This document shows, one piece after another, positions 1 through 13,346 of a stretch of DNA of 64,000 nucleotides. The notes under the pieces were generated by a model. It worked only from the letters and a program-made list of their open reading frames with translations. It searched no databases and was not told where the DNA came from. The number at the start of each line of letters is the position of its first letter. Position 1 is the first letter of the stretch. Source of the DNA: Paraspadella gotoi (Eukaryota > Animalia > Chaetognatha); assembly GCA_051294375.1 (NCBI GenBank), contig CM119264.1:13919323-13983322 (forward strand), written 5' to 3'. The position numbers and the translations under genes were made by a program.

Positions 1-550
1 TCAAAAGAGGCGCGACAGGGAGCTGAGCGAGGGGAAGGGAAAGCAGGACAAAAGAAGAATAAAATCGGTGAAAATTTATGAATAGGAAAACTCCTACAAA
101 TAAAAATTTATAACAATTTTTAAAATTGGAATTAAACGAAAGTAGTATAACTATTATAAAACGAAAATGTGTCATGTCGTGATCACTAATTAATAATTAA
201 ATTAAAAAAATGTTTATAAAAATAAAAAACAGGCTATATAACAGAATGAAGACAAATAAATTAAATGTAATAATATCTCGAGGAAGAAAAGTTATGCTCA
301 AGCAAGAAAACGGTTTACAAACAAGCGATACGATCTCATTTGGACAGAAGGCATAAATAGTATACGATTTCTTACGGGATGACAATTATTGTTAAAAAAA
401 ACAAATGCACAAACAAATTGCGTGTCGTATTTTTGTCATTTTTAAGAGTAATGAGCGAAGAAAATCATGTACACATATCCGTTAAATCTTATTATAACAA
501 ATGAGATGAATTAAATGTATTTTGAACTTTGTAGACAAACTCAGTTTTTA

Positions 551-894
551 TTTGCGTCAGTTGCGAAGGAATCTTTTTTCCATTGTTCCACTTTGATTGC
601 CGCTGCTTAGTGGAAGAACAATTAGAGACTTTAACGATTTGGAGGTACGATGCTGTATCTTTGAGCGCCGCTCCTCTCTCTCTCTCTCTCTCTCTCGTTC
701 TCTCTCTCTCTCCCCTTCCCTTCACTCTCCCACATCTAACTTCTTTCCTTCCCGCCCGTTTCTCCCTTTTTATCCATTCACTCCACCAAACAAATAAGGA
801 TTCCTTTTAATTAAAACCGTTTGATCATTACCCCAGGCGCACGCTTTTGCGCTCCCACTTGATTAGACCTTTTTTAATCGATAGAGAGACAAAA

Positions 895-925
<31 letters not shown>

Positions 926-1360
926 CAGGAGAGGAGAGAGAGAGAGACGAGAGAGAGGAGAGAGAGAGGAGAGAGATATTAAAGGAGAATATTTAATCGA
1001 TGTGNNNNNNNNNNNNNNNNNNNNNNNNNTATCAAATTTAAAAAAAAAATTGATTCAAAAGTTTTACAAGAATACAATCAAGCATTAAGCTTTTGTGCAT
1101 GTCTGTAAGCGCTTAAATAGAAAATGGACACAACAAAGAAAAAAAGGGCAAAGAGTTCGCAACGTCGTTGGAGAGAAAACAAACATAATCGTTTGAAAAG
1201 AAAATGGCATCTTATAAAAAAAAAAAAAAGTTTGCGTCTTGCGAAGGGAATCTTTTTTCCATGTTTCCACTTGATTGCCGCTGTTAGTGGAAGCAACAAT
1301 TAGAGACTTTTAACGATTTGGGTACGATGCTGTTATCTTTGACTCGCTTCCTCTCCCCCG

Positions 1361-1399
<39 letters not shown>

Positions 1400-1565
1400 A
1401 CTCTCCCGGCATTCTAACTTCTTTCCTTCCCCCCGTTTCTCCTTTTTATCCATTCATCCATCCAAACAAATAAGGATTCCTTTAATTAACCGTTTGATCA
1501 TTACCCAGGCGCACGCTTTTGGCTCCCACTTGATTAGACCTTCTTTAATCGATAAGGAGACAAAA

Positions 1566-1597
<32 letters not shown>

Positions 1598-1678
1598 GAG
1601 GAAGAGAGGAGAGAGACGAGACGAGAGAGAGGAGAGAGAGAGGAGAGAGATAATTAAAGGAGGAATATTTAATGTATG
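551..1678 (+). repeat. ~450-bp direct duplication flanking a 25-N gap (551-1004 vs 1231-1678)
   Basis: The sequence tttgcgtc..ttgcgaagg(g)aatcttttttccat..gccgctg..ttagtggaag.. through gatcattacccaggcgcacgc..ttagacct occurs on both sides of the gap at 1005-1029, differing mainly by 1-bp indels. Confidence 0.8.
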
Positions 1679-2667
1679 TAGCTTACCGGTGATTTTGATT
1701 GTGACACACAGACATCTGAGGAAGGACAATTAAAGATTTTTCTAATTCAAATCGAAGCTCTTTTCTTTCCGATAACAACGAGAGACAGTCCTGCTGCCCG
1801 AGGGTAAAATAAAATATGAGTTCAAAAAGTTTCTAGGAATTAAAATCTTCAATCACCGCGTGAACATTTTTTTTTCTCCGCTCTCTCTTCAATGCGTTTA
1901 GTTTGAATTTATGGCTGTCACGCAGCTGGCGTATTAGTTCTGAGGAAGCCTGGTCGTGACTGCAACCAATTTATTTCGATTTTTTGGAATTATCCGCCTT
2001 TGACTACGCCAAAAACACCGCGCGGCAAAAAATTGCCGTTTGTATTCTGGTAGTATAAAAATAGAATAAAAAATATTTTGAAATTAAATACATAGCCTAT
2101 GACATAGGAAAATAACACGAAAAGAAATCCACGAAAATCTTTCCACTCATCTCGCTACTTTTATATTAATATTACTATTAATATTCGATACTTTACCAGT
2201 AAATATTACTTGAATGAGTGAGTTTAGATCATGCCAGGCTGCCTAGTTTCCCCGCGATGTCGTAGTCAGCCTCTGCATTTATGGGAAATTTCTGGATTCA
2301 TAAGATGGTCAGGGCTGACGAAACGACGACGATACCAACACACGACGACGACGACGAAAAATATCAACAACGACGACGACCCCGAAGAATAAATAACGGT
2401 GGCGCTGGATGAGAGAAGGGGAGACGGAAGAAACAAGTTACCAGAAAAACATCATTAAGTGGAAATGCTCCATGAAAAAATGTGGAAAGGAGGAGGAGGA
2501 GGAGGAGGAGGAGAAGAGGAGGAAAAAAATGGAAGGAGGACAAGGGATAGCCCTTGATTTGTGATAATCATCTTCGAAATCGGTGGAAAATCTGCCTCGG
2601 GCATCGTTACGTTTCGAGGTTATGGACCCGAGGAGAGAAGAGAGAGGATGAAGAGAGAGAGAGAGGC

Positions 2668-2699
<32 letters not shown>

Positions 2700-3972
2700 G
2701 GATAGGAGTAGAGAGAGATGAGAGAGGAGAGAGAGGGAGTCATTACTCAGCTCTTCCCGACGCAGCCGTAGACCGGAGCGGCGGCGAGCCGGCTGCCGAC
2801 CGACTCACTTCTCCTTCCGGGGCCTTCTCCGCTCGGATCAGGGAGATTTTTCTCTCTCGATGGTGAGTCGGGCTTCTTCCGGTCGTAAATCCGAGGCGGA
2901 TCGGGCCCGGATTTCTCTCTCTCTCTCTCTCTCGCTCTCTCGTCTCTTCTTCTCTCTCTTTCTCTCCTCTCTCTCTCTCTCTCTCGCTCTCTTTCTTACT
3001 TTTTCTCTCGCTTTCTCGCTCATTTATTTCTTCCTATCTTTATTTCTCTCTAAATGTTAACATTTTGTCATTATCTCCTTTTTATTTCTAATACTTACAT
3101 GTTTATTATACTAAACTAAACATACATTTTCATACTTTCAACCTTATGATAAAATTTCTTTTTTTAATATATTATAAATAAAAATATATCTCAGTTATGT
3201 GTTTTTGTTATCTTTCGTTTTCTCTGTTTCATTTATGGTGATCAAAAAACAACACCGAGCTCATGAACTCAAGAACTACATTCTATTTTCTTCTTTATGG
3301 TGATGTCTTAGAATCATTCTTAGAATAGGGCGAGGCCGACACATTATTTTTAATTGGGAACAGCATTAAACAAATTATTATCTATTTCACTATTGTGGTT
3401 AAACTATTTTTTTCATTAGAATTTCTTGATTCATTTTTTCTGTAATTTTTTAAAATTTCTTGAGAAGAAAAGATCAATGACATTTTTGTTATAATAATTT
3501 TAAAATGATAAAAATGAAAACTGGCTGACAAAAATAAGCAGATTCCAGACACTAACTGTTTGTTATGGGCTTTTGTTTCAGCTTTGGCTCAACTCTGGTA
3601 TAAGGCCGACCTCTCAAAACAGAATGGAACTAACTAACTTTTCCAGACAAAAACTGTGCTAGCACATTTTTTTTTAAATTTGTATGTAGGTAATCAAATG
3701 AGATTTTAATAAGATTAAAATAATTTAAATGTTTAGGTGATGTAAGAAATATTTTTGGCCATTTCCTGGAGTTGGGAAAATGAGAGCAAGGTTTTTCTAA
3801 ATAAATTAATGGAAAAAGAAAAGGAATGGAAAGAGAACGGAAAGAGGATAAATTTCTTGGAAAGAAAAATTAAGAAATGCAGATATCATTATTTTTTTAA
3901 ATATTGACATTATTGTTATTATATAATTAGGTAATGATTATTGTTATAGTTAAAAGTTAAGTTAAGTATCGA

Positions 3973-4380
3973 GTTGCGCGCGGTCCGGGGCCGTCTTATA
4001 AAAAATATTTGTTTTCTCTCTCAATTTTAAAACACAAAGAAACGAAAGTCTTTTATCATAAATCTATTATTATAAATTTTTATTTTATTATATTATTATT
4101 TTTCAAAAACATTCTTATTATTAGTGATTTTTTTTATTTTATTAGTAAATTTGAATTATATTTGCAAGAAAAAAAATTTCAGTAAATAGGATTAAGGTTA
4201 AGTACAAGATTAAAAGATAATAAAACAAAAAAAAAATCACTAAATAAATGAAAATCTGTTAAAATAATAATATACGATAAAAATTTATTATAATTTATTA
4301 TAAAACGACTTTCGTTTGTTGCTTTTTAAAATTGAGAGAGAAAACAAACATTTTTTATAGTGATCCCGATCCGCGCGAAC
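3973..4380. mobile_element. Foldback/MITE-like element with long imperfect terminal inverted repeats (~160 bp arms)
   Basis: The left arm gttgcgcgcggtccggggccgtcttataaaaaatatttgttttctctctcaattttaaaacacaaagaaacgaaagtc is the reverse complement of the right arm gactttcgtttgttgctttttaaaattgagagagaaaacaaacattttttatagtgatcccgatccgcgcgaac. Pairing continues inward to ttagtgattttttt/aaaaaaatcactaa. No coding capacity. Confidence 0.7.
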
Positions 4381-7300
4381 ATCTCATGATCGATTCGCTC
4401 GTAGGCAGAGAGAAAAGCTCGGTGGTGATGAGTGGTAAAAAGAGAGAGAAAAGACTAAGTCAAGTCGCCTGCAGCTCCGACCGGGATCGACTCTGCCGTC
4501 GCGCGGACCGGGAGGAGATAGGGAAGGAAGAGGAAGAGGATAAGATAAGCGCGAGCGAATAGAACGTCGAAGGCAGGAGAAGCCGCTCGGCCGCGCGCGG
4601 CTGGGCTCCCGGACGCTGCGCTGATACGGCTTGCTGAGGTATTAGCCATGGAGAGAGAGAGAGAGGAGAGAGAGAGACGAGAGAAGGAGGAGAGAGAGAT
4701 GAGAGAGAGAGAGAGGAGGAGGGGTGAGGAGAGAGAGCCACGATTAAGCGTGGGTGGACAATCCGGGCTCCGAGGGAAGGATGGGTTGAATCGAACGATG
4801 GCGGTCTGAAAGGGATTGGCGAAGACGCGGGAAAGGATGAAGAAGGGAAATGGTCTAAGCGGAGCGAGCGTGCCAGGGCGGGGTGGTGTGGCGGAGGTGA
4901 GGTGTTAGTAGGGACGATGATCGGTGAATGATTCCAGAATCCAAAAACGCGCACGGGTGTTGCGGTTCTTATCGTCTTCGTTTTTTCAGATTCTGTTGCT
5001 TCCCAGCGTTCGGCAATGTGATCCTGCCACTTGTGCACACCATTTTCCCATAACCGTCAACGCTCAAGTTTTTCGTTCTTCTCGAATTATTCTATTTGGG
5101 TTGACGAGGGTCATCCTTCGTCCTTTCGATCAGTTTTCTTACCCACTGTTTACTTATCGTCGTAAAAACTAGTCTGAACTACCATAGTATAACCTGTTGT
5201 TCGTCAGCAATGCACCAGTCGGGGCACTTGCGGCATCATTGCAGTTTATTTGCGACCGCTGTTATATTCGTGGATCATGCGTTCTGTCGTGTCGTCGGTC
5301 CGTCGTCGATCGAATCGTCTGTAAAGCGAAGAAGCGCGGCGGGCGAATCGCCTGGGCCGAGGCGGAGTCGTTAGCGGCGCGGATTCTGGCGCTGGCCGAG
5401 AAGGTCGCGGGCGGCGGCCTAGTCGGCGATCTAAAGACGACGTCTCTTACCGAAATTGAGGGTTCGGGATTCGAAGAAGGGCGATTTCTCGGATCGGGGC
5501 GGGGTTGAACCCTTGGGAAAGGGGAGGATGAGGAGAAAGTGAGATGGCCGTGTAATGCTTGTTGGCGAGTAGGAAGGAGAACTTTAAAAGTGGTGCTGGG
5601 TGGCGAAAACGCAGCGGACGCGCCGGCCGGAGTTCTGCGACACAGGTGCAAAGAGTACATCGTCGTGCGCGACGCGTCGCCTCGTAATCTTTATGATGGG
5701 CCTGTGTGTTTGTTTTTCTTGGACGTCGTGCGAACAAGAACAAGTCGCGCCCTAACAGTAGCGAGCGGAAAAGGCAACAACAACAGCAACAACACCAATC
5801 CCGGACAAAAGAAACGAGAAGCGGAGCGAGTCACGCGCCATCACGCTCGTCGGATTCGCCACAAGAGGAGAGAGAGAACGAGAAGAGATGAGGAGGAAGA
5901 GACGAGAGAGACGAGAGATGACGGAGAGAGACGAGAGAGATAGAAGGAGAGAGGAGAGAGAGAGAGAACGCGATTTTGAAAAACGACTGTTTGAGTAATT
6001 AGCGTACCGACGAGAGAAAAAGGCGAGGAGAAGGGAGGGAGCAGGGGGAGAGAGGGAGAGGGAGAGAGCGGAGAGAAGGGAGAGCAGAGAAGGAGAGGGG
6101 AGAGAGGAGAGAGGAGAGAGAGAGGGGGAGAGACGGCGAAGGAGAAGAGGAGGCGGAGAGAAGGGAGGAATGGGGAGATATGCAGGATATGAGAATAAAA
6201 TGAAGGTTGAGAAGATGTGAGACAGAGTTGGAGTTGTGACGGAGTTGAGTGAGGTGAATGCGATTGACAGAGGCCGAGAGTAACAGAAGGTGCGGGGAAG
6301 GAAACGACGTGAGGGGAAGGAGTGGACCAGTGTCGTCCACGTGTGAACGCGTCTGTAGAGATGACTGCCGGGGGGCGGGCGGGGAGAAAGACCTAAACAA
6401 AATTTATAACATAATGCAACAACTAAACAATAAACAATAAGTCTCTCTCTTTTGTAGCTTACCGGTGATTGATTGTGACACACACATTCTGAGGAAGGAC
6501 AATTAAAGATTTTTCTATTCAAATCGAAGCTCTTTCTTTCGGATAACAACGAGAGACAGTCCTGCTGCCCGAGGGTAAAATAAAATAGAGTTCAAAAAGT
6601 TTTAGATTAAAAATCTTCAATCACCCGGTGAACATTTTTTTTTCTCGCTCTCTCTTCAAATCGTTTAGTTTGAATTTATGGCTGTCACCAGCTGGCGTAT
6701 TAAGTTCTGAGGAAGCCTGGATCGTGACTACACCAATTTTATTTCGATTTTTGAATTCATCCGCCTTTGACTACGCCAAAACACCGCGGGCGCAAAAGAA
6801 TTGCCGTTTGTATTCTGGTAGTATAAATAGAATAAAAATATTGTTAGAATGTAAATATCATAGCCTATGACATAGGTAAACAAAATTAAACGACAGGAAA
6901 AGAAATCCCACGAAAATCTTTCCATCTCATCTCGCTACTTTTACTATTAATATTACTATTAATATTACGATACTATTACCGTAAAATATTTACTTGAATG
7001 AGTGAGTTTAGATCATGCCAGGCGCCAGTTCCCGCGATTCGTAGTCAGCCTCTGATTTATGGGGAAATTTCTGGATCATTAAGATGGTCACGTCGACGAC
7101 GACGACGATACCAACGACCACGACGACGACGACGAAAAATATCAACAACGACGACGACCCGAGAATAAATAACCGGTGGCGCTGGATGAGAGAAGGGAGA
7201 CGGAGAAAAGCAGTTACCAGAAAAACATCATTAAGTGGAAATGCTCCATGAAAATGTGGAAAGGAGGAGGAGGAGGAGGAGGAGGAGGAGGAGGAAGAGG

Positions 7301-8744
7301 AGAAAAAAATGGAGGAGGACAGAGGGAGTAGCCCTTGATTGTGATAATCATCTTCGAATCGCGTGGAAAATCTGCCTCGGGCATCGTTACGTTTCGAGGT
7401 TATGGCCCGAGGAGAGAGAGAGGGAGGAGAGAGGAGGCCGAGAGAGAGAGAGAGGATGAGAAGAGAGAGAGGGAGAGAGAGAGAGAGAGATGAGAGAGGA
7501 GAGAGAGGGAGTCATTACTCAGCTCTTCCCGACGCAGCCGTAGACCGGAGCGGCGGCGAGCCGGCTGCCGACCGACTCACTTCTCCTTCCGGGGCCTTCT
7601 CCGCTCGGATCAGGGAGATTTTTCTCTCTCGATGGTGAGTCGGGCTTCTTCCGGTCGTAAATCCGAGGCGGATCGGGCCCGGATTTCTCTCTCTCTCTCT
7701 CTCTCGCTCTCTCGTCTCTTCTTCTCTCTCTTTCTCTCCTCTCTCTCTCTCTCTCTCGCTCTCTTTCTTACTTTTTCTCTCGCTTTCTCGCTCATTTATT
7801 TCTTCCTATCTTTATTTCTCTCTAAATGTTAACATTTTGTCATTATCTCCTTTTTATTTCTAATACTTACATGTTTATTATACTAAACTAAACATACATT
7901 TTCATACTTTCAACCTTATGATAAAATTTCTTTTTTTAATATATTATAAATAAAAATATATCTCAGTTATGTGTTTTTGTTATCTTTCGTTTTCTCTGTT
8001 TCATTTATGGTGATCAAAAAACAACACCGAGCTCATGAACTCAAGAACTACATTCTATTTTCTTCTTTATGGTGATGTCTTAGAATCATTCTTAGAATAG
8101 GGCGAGGCCGACACATTATTTTTAATTGGGAACAGCATTAAACAAATTATTATCTATTTCACTATTGTGGTTAAACTATTTTTTTCATTAGAATTTCTTG
8201 ATTCATTTTTTCTGTAATTTTTTAAAATTTCTTGAGAAGAAAAGATCAATGACATTTTTGTTATAATAATTTTAAAATGATAAAAATGAAAACTGGCTGA
8301 CAAAAATAAGCAGATTCCAGACACTAACTGTTTGTTATGGGCTTTTGTTTCAGCTTTGGCTCAACTCTGGTATAAGGCCGACCTCTCAAAACAGAATGGA
8401 ACTAACTAACTTTTCCAGACAAAAACTGTGCTAGCACATTTTTTTTTAAATTTGTATGTAGGTAATCAAATGAGATTTTAATAAGATTAAAATAATTTAA
8501 ATGTTTAGGTGATGTAAGAAATATTTTTGGCCATTTCCTGGAGTTGGGAAAATGAGAGCAAGGTTTTTCTAAATAAATTAATGGAAAAAGAAAAGGAATG
8601 GAAAGAGAACGGAAAGAGGATAAATTTCTTGGAAAGAAAAATTAAGAAATGCAGATATCATTATTTTTTTAAATATTGACATTATTGTTATTATATAATT
8701 AGGTAATGATTATTGTTATAGTTAAAAGTTAAGTTAAGTATCGA

Positions 8745-9152
8745 GTTGCGCGCGGTCCGGGGCCGTCTTATAAAAAATATTTGTTTTCTCTCTCAATTTT
8801 AAAACACAAAGAAACGAAAGTCTTTTATCATAAATCTATTATTATAAATTTTTATTTTATTATATTATTATTTTTCAAAAACATTCTTATTATTAGTGAT
8901 TTTTTTTATTTTATTAGTAAATTTGAATTATATTTGCAAGAAAAAAAATTTCAGTAAATAGGATTAAGGTTAAGTACAAGATTAAAAGATAATAAAACAA
9001 AAAAAAAATCACTAAATAAATGAAAATCTGTTAAAATAATAATATACGATAAAAATTTATTATAATTTATTATAAAACGACTTTCGTTTGTTGCTTTTTA
9101 AAATTGAGAGAGAAAACAAACATTTTTTATAGTGATCCCGATCCGCGCGAAC
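8745..9152. mobile_element. Second copy of the foldback/MITE-like element (inside duplication copy B)
   Basis: Same sequence as 3973-4380 at offset 4772. Confidence 0.7.
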
Positions 9153-12100
9153 ATCTCATGATCGATTCGCTCGTAGGCAGAGAGAAAAGCTCGGTGGTGA
9201 TGAGTGGTAAAAAGAGAGAGAAAAGACTAAGTCAAGTCGCCTGCAGCTCCGACCGGGATCGACTCTGCCGTCGCGCGGACCGGGAGGAGATAGGGAAGGA
9301 AGAGGAAGAGGATAAGATAAGCGCGAGCGAATAGAACGTCGAAGGCAGGAGAAGCCGCTCGGCCGCGCGCGGCTGGGCTCCCGGACGCTGCGCTGATACG
9401 GCTTGCTGAGGTATTAGCCATGGAGAGAGAGAGAGAGGAGAGAGAGAGACGAGAGAAGGAGGAGAGAGAGATGAGAGAGAGAGAGAGGAGGAGGGGTGAG
9501 GAGAGAGAGCCACGATTAAGCGTGGGTGGACAATCCGGGCTCCGAGGGAAGGATGGGTTGAATCGAACGATGGCGGTCTGAAAGGGATTGGCGAAGACGC
9601 GGGAAAGGATGAAGAAGGGAAATGGTCTAAGCGGAGCGAGCGTGCCAGGGCGGGGTGGTGTGGCGGAGGTGAGGTGTTAGTAGGGACGATGATCGGTGAA
9701 TGATTCCAGAATCCAAAAACGCGCACGGGTGTTGCGGTTCTTATCGTCTTCGTTTTTTCAGATTCTGTTGCTTCCCAGCGTTCGGCAATGTGATCCTGCC
9801 ACTTGTGCACACCATTTTCCCATAACCGTCAACGCTCAAGTTTTTCGTTCTTCTCGAATTATTCTATTTGGGTTGACGAGGGTCATCCTTCGTCCTTTCG
9901 ATCAGTTTTCTTACCCACTGTTTACTTATCGTCGTAAAAACTAGTCTGAACTACCATAGTATAACCTGTTGTTCGTCAGCAATGCACCAGTCGGGGCACT
10001 TGCGGCATCATTGCAGTTTATTTGCGACCGCTGTTATATTCGTGGATCATGCGTTCTGTCGTGTCGTCGGTCCGTCGTCGATCGAATCGTCTGTAAAGCG
10101 AAGAAGCGCGGCGGGCGAATCGCCTGGGCCGAGGCGGAGTCGTTAGCGGCGCGGATTCTGGCGCTGGCCGAGAAGGTCGCGGGCGGCGGCCTAGTCGGCG
10201 ATCTAAAGACGACGTCTCTTACCGAAATTGAGGGTTCGGGATTCGAAGAAGGGCGATTTCTCGGATCGGGGCGGGGTTGAACCCTTGGGAAAGGGGAGGA
10301 TGAGGAGAAAGTGAGATGGCCGTGTAATGCTTGTTGGCGAGTAGGAAGGAGAACTTTAAAAGTGGTGCTGGGTGGCGAAAACGCAGCGGACGCGCCGGCC
10401 GGAGTTCTGCGACACAGGTGCAAAGAGTACATCGTCGTGCGCGACGCGTCGCCTCGTAATCTTTATGATGGGCCTGTGTGTTTGTTTTTCTTGGACGTCG
10501 TGCGAACAAGAACAAGTCGCGCCCTAACAGTAGCGAGCGGAAAAGGCAACAACAACAGCAACAACACCAATCCCGGACAAAAGAAACGAGAAGCGGAGCG
10601 AGTCACGCGCCATCACGCTCGTCGGATTCGCCACAAGAGGAGAGAGAGAACGAGAAGAGATGAGGAGGAAGAGACGAGAGAGACGAGAGATGACGGAGAG
10701 AGACGAGAGAGATAGAAGGAGAGAGGAGAGAGAGAGAGAACGCGATTTTGAAAAACGACTGTTTGAGTAATTAGCGTACCGACGAGAGAAAAAGGCGAGG
10801 AGAAGGGAGGGAGCAGGGGGAGAGAGGGAGAGGGAGAGAGCGGAGAGAAGGGAGAGCAGAGAAGGAGAGGGGAGAGAGGAGAGAGGAGAGAGAGAGGGGG
10901 AGAGACGGCGAAGGAGAAGAGGAGGCGGAGAGAAGGGAGGAATGGGGAGATATGCAGGATATGAGAATAAAATGAAGGTTGAGAAGATGTGAGACAGAGT
11001 TGGAGTTGTGACGGAGTTGAGTGAGGTGAATGCGATTGACAGAGGCCGAGAGTAACAGAAGGTGCGGGGAAGGAAACGACGTGAGGGGAAGGAGTGGACC
11101 AGTGTCGTCCACGTGTGAACGCGTCTGTAGAGATGACTGCCGGGGGGCGGGCGGGGAGAAAGACCTAAACAAAATTTATAACATAATGCAACAACTAAAC
11201 AATAAACAATAAGTCTCTCTCTTTTNNNNNNNNNNNNNNNNNNNNNNNNNAGAGAGAGAGAGAGGGTGAGGGAGAGAGAGACGATTAAGTCGTGGGTGGA
11301 CAATCCGGGCTTCCGAGGGAAGGTATGGGTTTGAATTCAAGATGGCGGATCTGAAGGAGATTGGGCGAAGACGCGGGATAAAAGGATGAAGAAGGAAATG
11401 GTCTAAGCGGACGAGCGGGCCATCGGGTGGGTTGGCGGAGGTGAGTTGGTTAGTAGAGGACGATGATCGGTGAATTGTGTCCAAATCCAAAAACGCGACG
11501 GGTCGTTTGGGTCATTATCGTCTTCGTTTTTTCAGATTCTGTTGCTTCCCACATTCGGCAATGTGATCCTGCCACTTGTAGCATCACCATTTTCCATAAC
11601 GGTCAACGCTCAAGTTTTTCGTTTCTTCTCGAATTATTTATTTGGGTTGACGAGGGTCATCCTTCGTCCTTTCATCAGTTTTCTTACCCACTTTTATTAT
11701 CGTCGTAACTAGCTGAATACCATTACTATAACCTTTGTCGTCACAATGACAAGTCGGGCACTTCTGCATCATGCAGTTTATTTCGACCGCTTGTTTATCG
11801 TGATCATCGTCGTCGTCGTCGTCGTCGTCGTCATCATCGTCTAAACGAAGGAGCGCGAGCGGCGAATCGCCTGGGCCGAGGCGGAGTCGTTAGCGGCCGG
11901 GATTCTGGCGCTTGGCCGAGAAGGTCGGCGGCGCCTAGCGGCGAATCTAAAGACGACGTCTCTTAACCGAATTGAGGTTCGGATTCGAAGAAGGGCGATT
12001 TCTCGGGATCGGGGGGCGGGGTTGAACCCTTGGAAAGGGAGGATGAGGAGAGGGAAAGTAGGATGGCCGTGTAATGCTTGGTCGGACGTAGGAAGGAGGA

Positions 12101-12276
12101 ACTTTGAAAAGTTCTGGTTCGAAAACCAGGCGGAGTTACGGACAGGTGCAAAGAGTACATCTCTTCACCGTCCCTGTCAAGTCTTTATGATGGGCCTTTT
12201 TTTTTTCTTGGCGTGGCGAACAGAGAACAGTCGCGCCAGTAACGAAAACAACAACAACAACAACAACACCAATCCC

Positions 12277-12889
12277 NNNNNNNNNNNNNNNNNNNNNNNN
12301 NNNNNNNNNNNNNNNNNNNNNNNNNNNNNNNNNNNNNNNNNNNNNNNNNNNNNNNNNNNNNNNNNNNNNNNNNNNNNNNNNNNNNNNNNNNNNNNNNNNN
12401 NNNNNNNNNNNNNNNNNNNNNNNNNNNNNNNNNNNNNNNNNNNNNNNNNNNNNNNNNNNNNNNNNNNNNNNNNNNNNNNNNNNNNNNNNNNNNNNNNNNN
12501 NNNNNNNNNNNNNNNNNNNNNNNNNNNNNNNNNNNNNNNNNNNNNNNNNNNNNNNNNNNNNNNNNNNNNNNNNNNNNNNNNNNNNNNNNNNNNNNNNNNN
12601 NNNNNNNNNNNNNNNNNNNNNNNNNNNNNNNNNNNNNNNNNNNNNNNNNNNNNNNNNNNNNNNNNNNNNNNNNNNNNNNNNNNNNNNNNNNNNNNNNNNN
12701 NNNNNNNNNNNNNNNNNNNNNNNNNNNNNNNNNNNNNNNNNNNNNNNNNNNNNNNNNNNNNNNNNNNNNNNNNNNNNNNNNNNNNNNNNNNNNNNNNNNN
12801 NNNNNNNNNNNNNNNNNNNNNNNNNNNNNNNNNNNNNNNNNNNNNNNNNNNNNNNNNNNNNNNNNNNNNNNNNNNNNNNNNNNNNNNNN
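12277..12889. other. Assembly gap (largest of ten N-runs; others at ~1005, 11226, 32771, 35813, 48032, 48773, 56344, 57018, 60895)
   Basis: Runs of N. Several are exactly 25 N. Confidence 0.99.
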
Positions 12890-13269
12890 TGGGGGGGGCG
12901 GGGGAGAAAGACCTAAAAAATTTATAACATAATGCAACAATAAACAATAAACATATATTTGCTTGTAGCGATCGCAGTGATGAGTCGATGTTTGGAGATA
13001 TTGTACATAAGCGTTGCCCGTTTACTTTCGATGCAAGAAGACATTTTTCCCGCGATCTACGTAGTTTTTTTTTTGAAAATTTATGACTTTATTAACTCTA
13101 TGTCAACAATCATAAACATCATGTTACCCACACCCCCATAAAGATCAAAGACCTCTGCCCTTACCCCCTCAACCCCTTTTTTGCCCTTCGCACCGGAAAT
13201 CAGAATGGAGTTGACAGCGAATATGGAAAAGTAGGTCTACTCCTGATTGATGAGCCGGTCGAATGTGGA

Positions 13270-13346
13270 AAGTGTTCTCGATAAACAGAGAAACAGGGTA
13301 AGTGTCTCTGATAAACAGAGAAACAGGGTAAGTGTCTCTGATAAAC
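13270..13346 (+). repeat. 30-bp tandem repeat, ~2.5 copies
   Basis: Unit gataaacagagaaacagggtaagtgtctct is repeated, giving DKQRNRVSVS twice in the ORF track. Confidence 0.8.

Larger units (their letters stand above)
1677..12950 (+). repeat. ~4,772-bp tandem segmental duplication: copy A ~1677-6452, copy B ~6453-11225, degraded partial copy C 11251-12950
   Basis: The ORF track repeats at an exact offset of 4772 (2860/7632, 4332/9104, 5197/9969, 6258/11030). Copy C repeats the 4.7-6.4 kb part of the unit with many small indels and a 613-N gap. Confidence 0.93.

Noticed and set aside
2870-2910. 5S rRNA-like GCCCGATC segment within the 4.77-kb tandem unit
   Set aside because: The match is only a few bases. 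No other 5S, snRNA or histone features explain the tandem unit.
5197-5943. Overlapping 100-134 aa ORFs in the GC-rich part of the tandem unit
   Set aside because: They are open on both strands because of GC content, have no recognisable domain, and give no consistent exon chain.
12022-12947. 250-300 aa ORFs
   Set aside because: They run through N-gaps (X residues). The same applies to the ORFs at 47991-48466 and 56207-56747.
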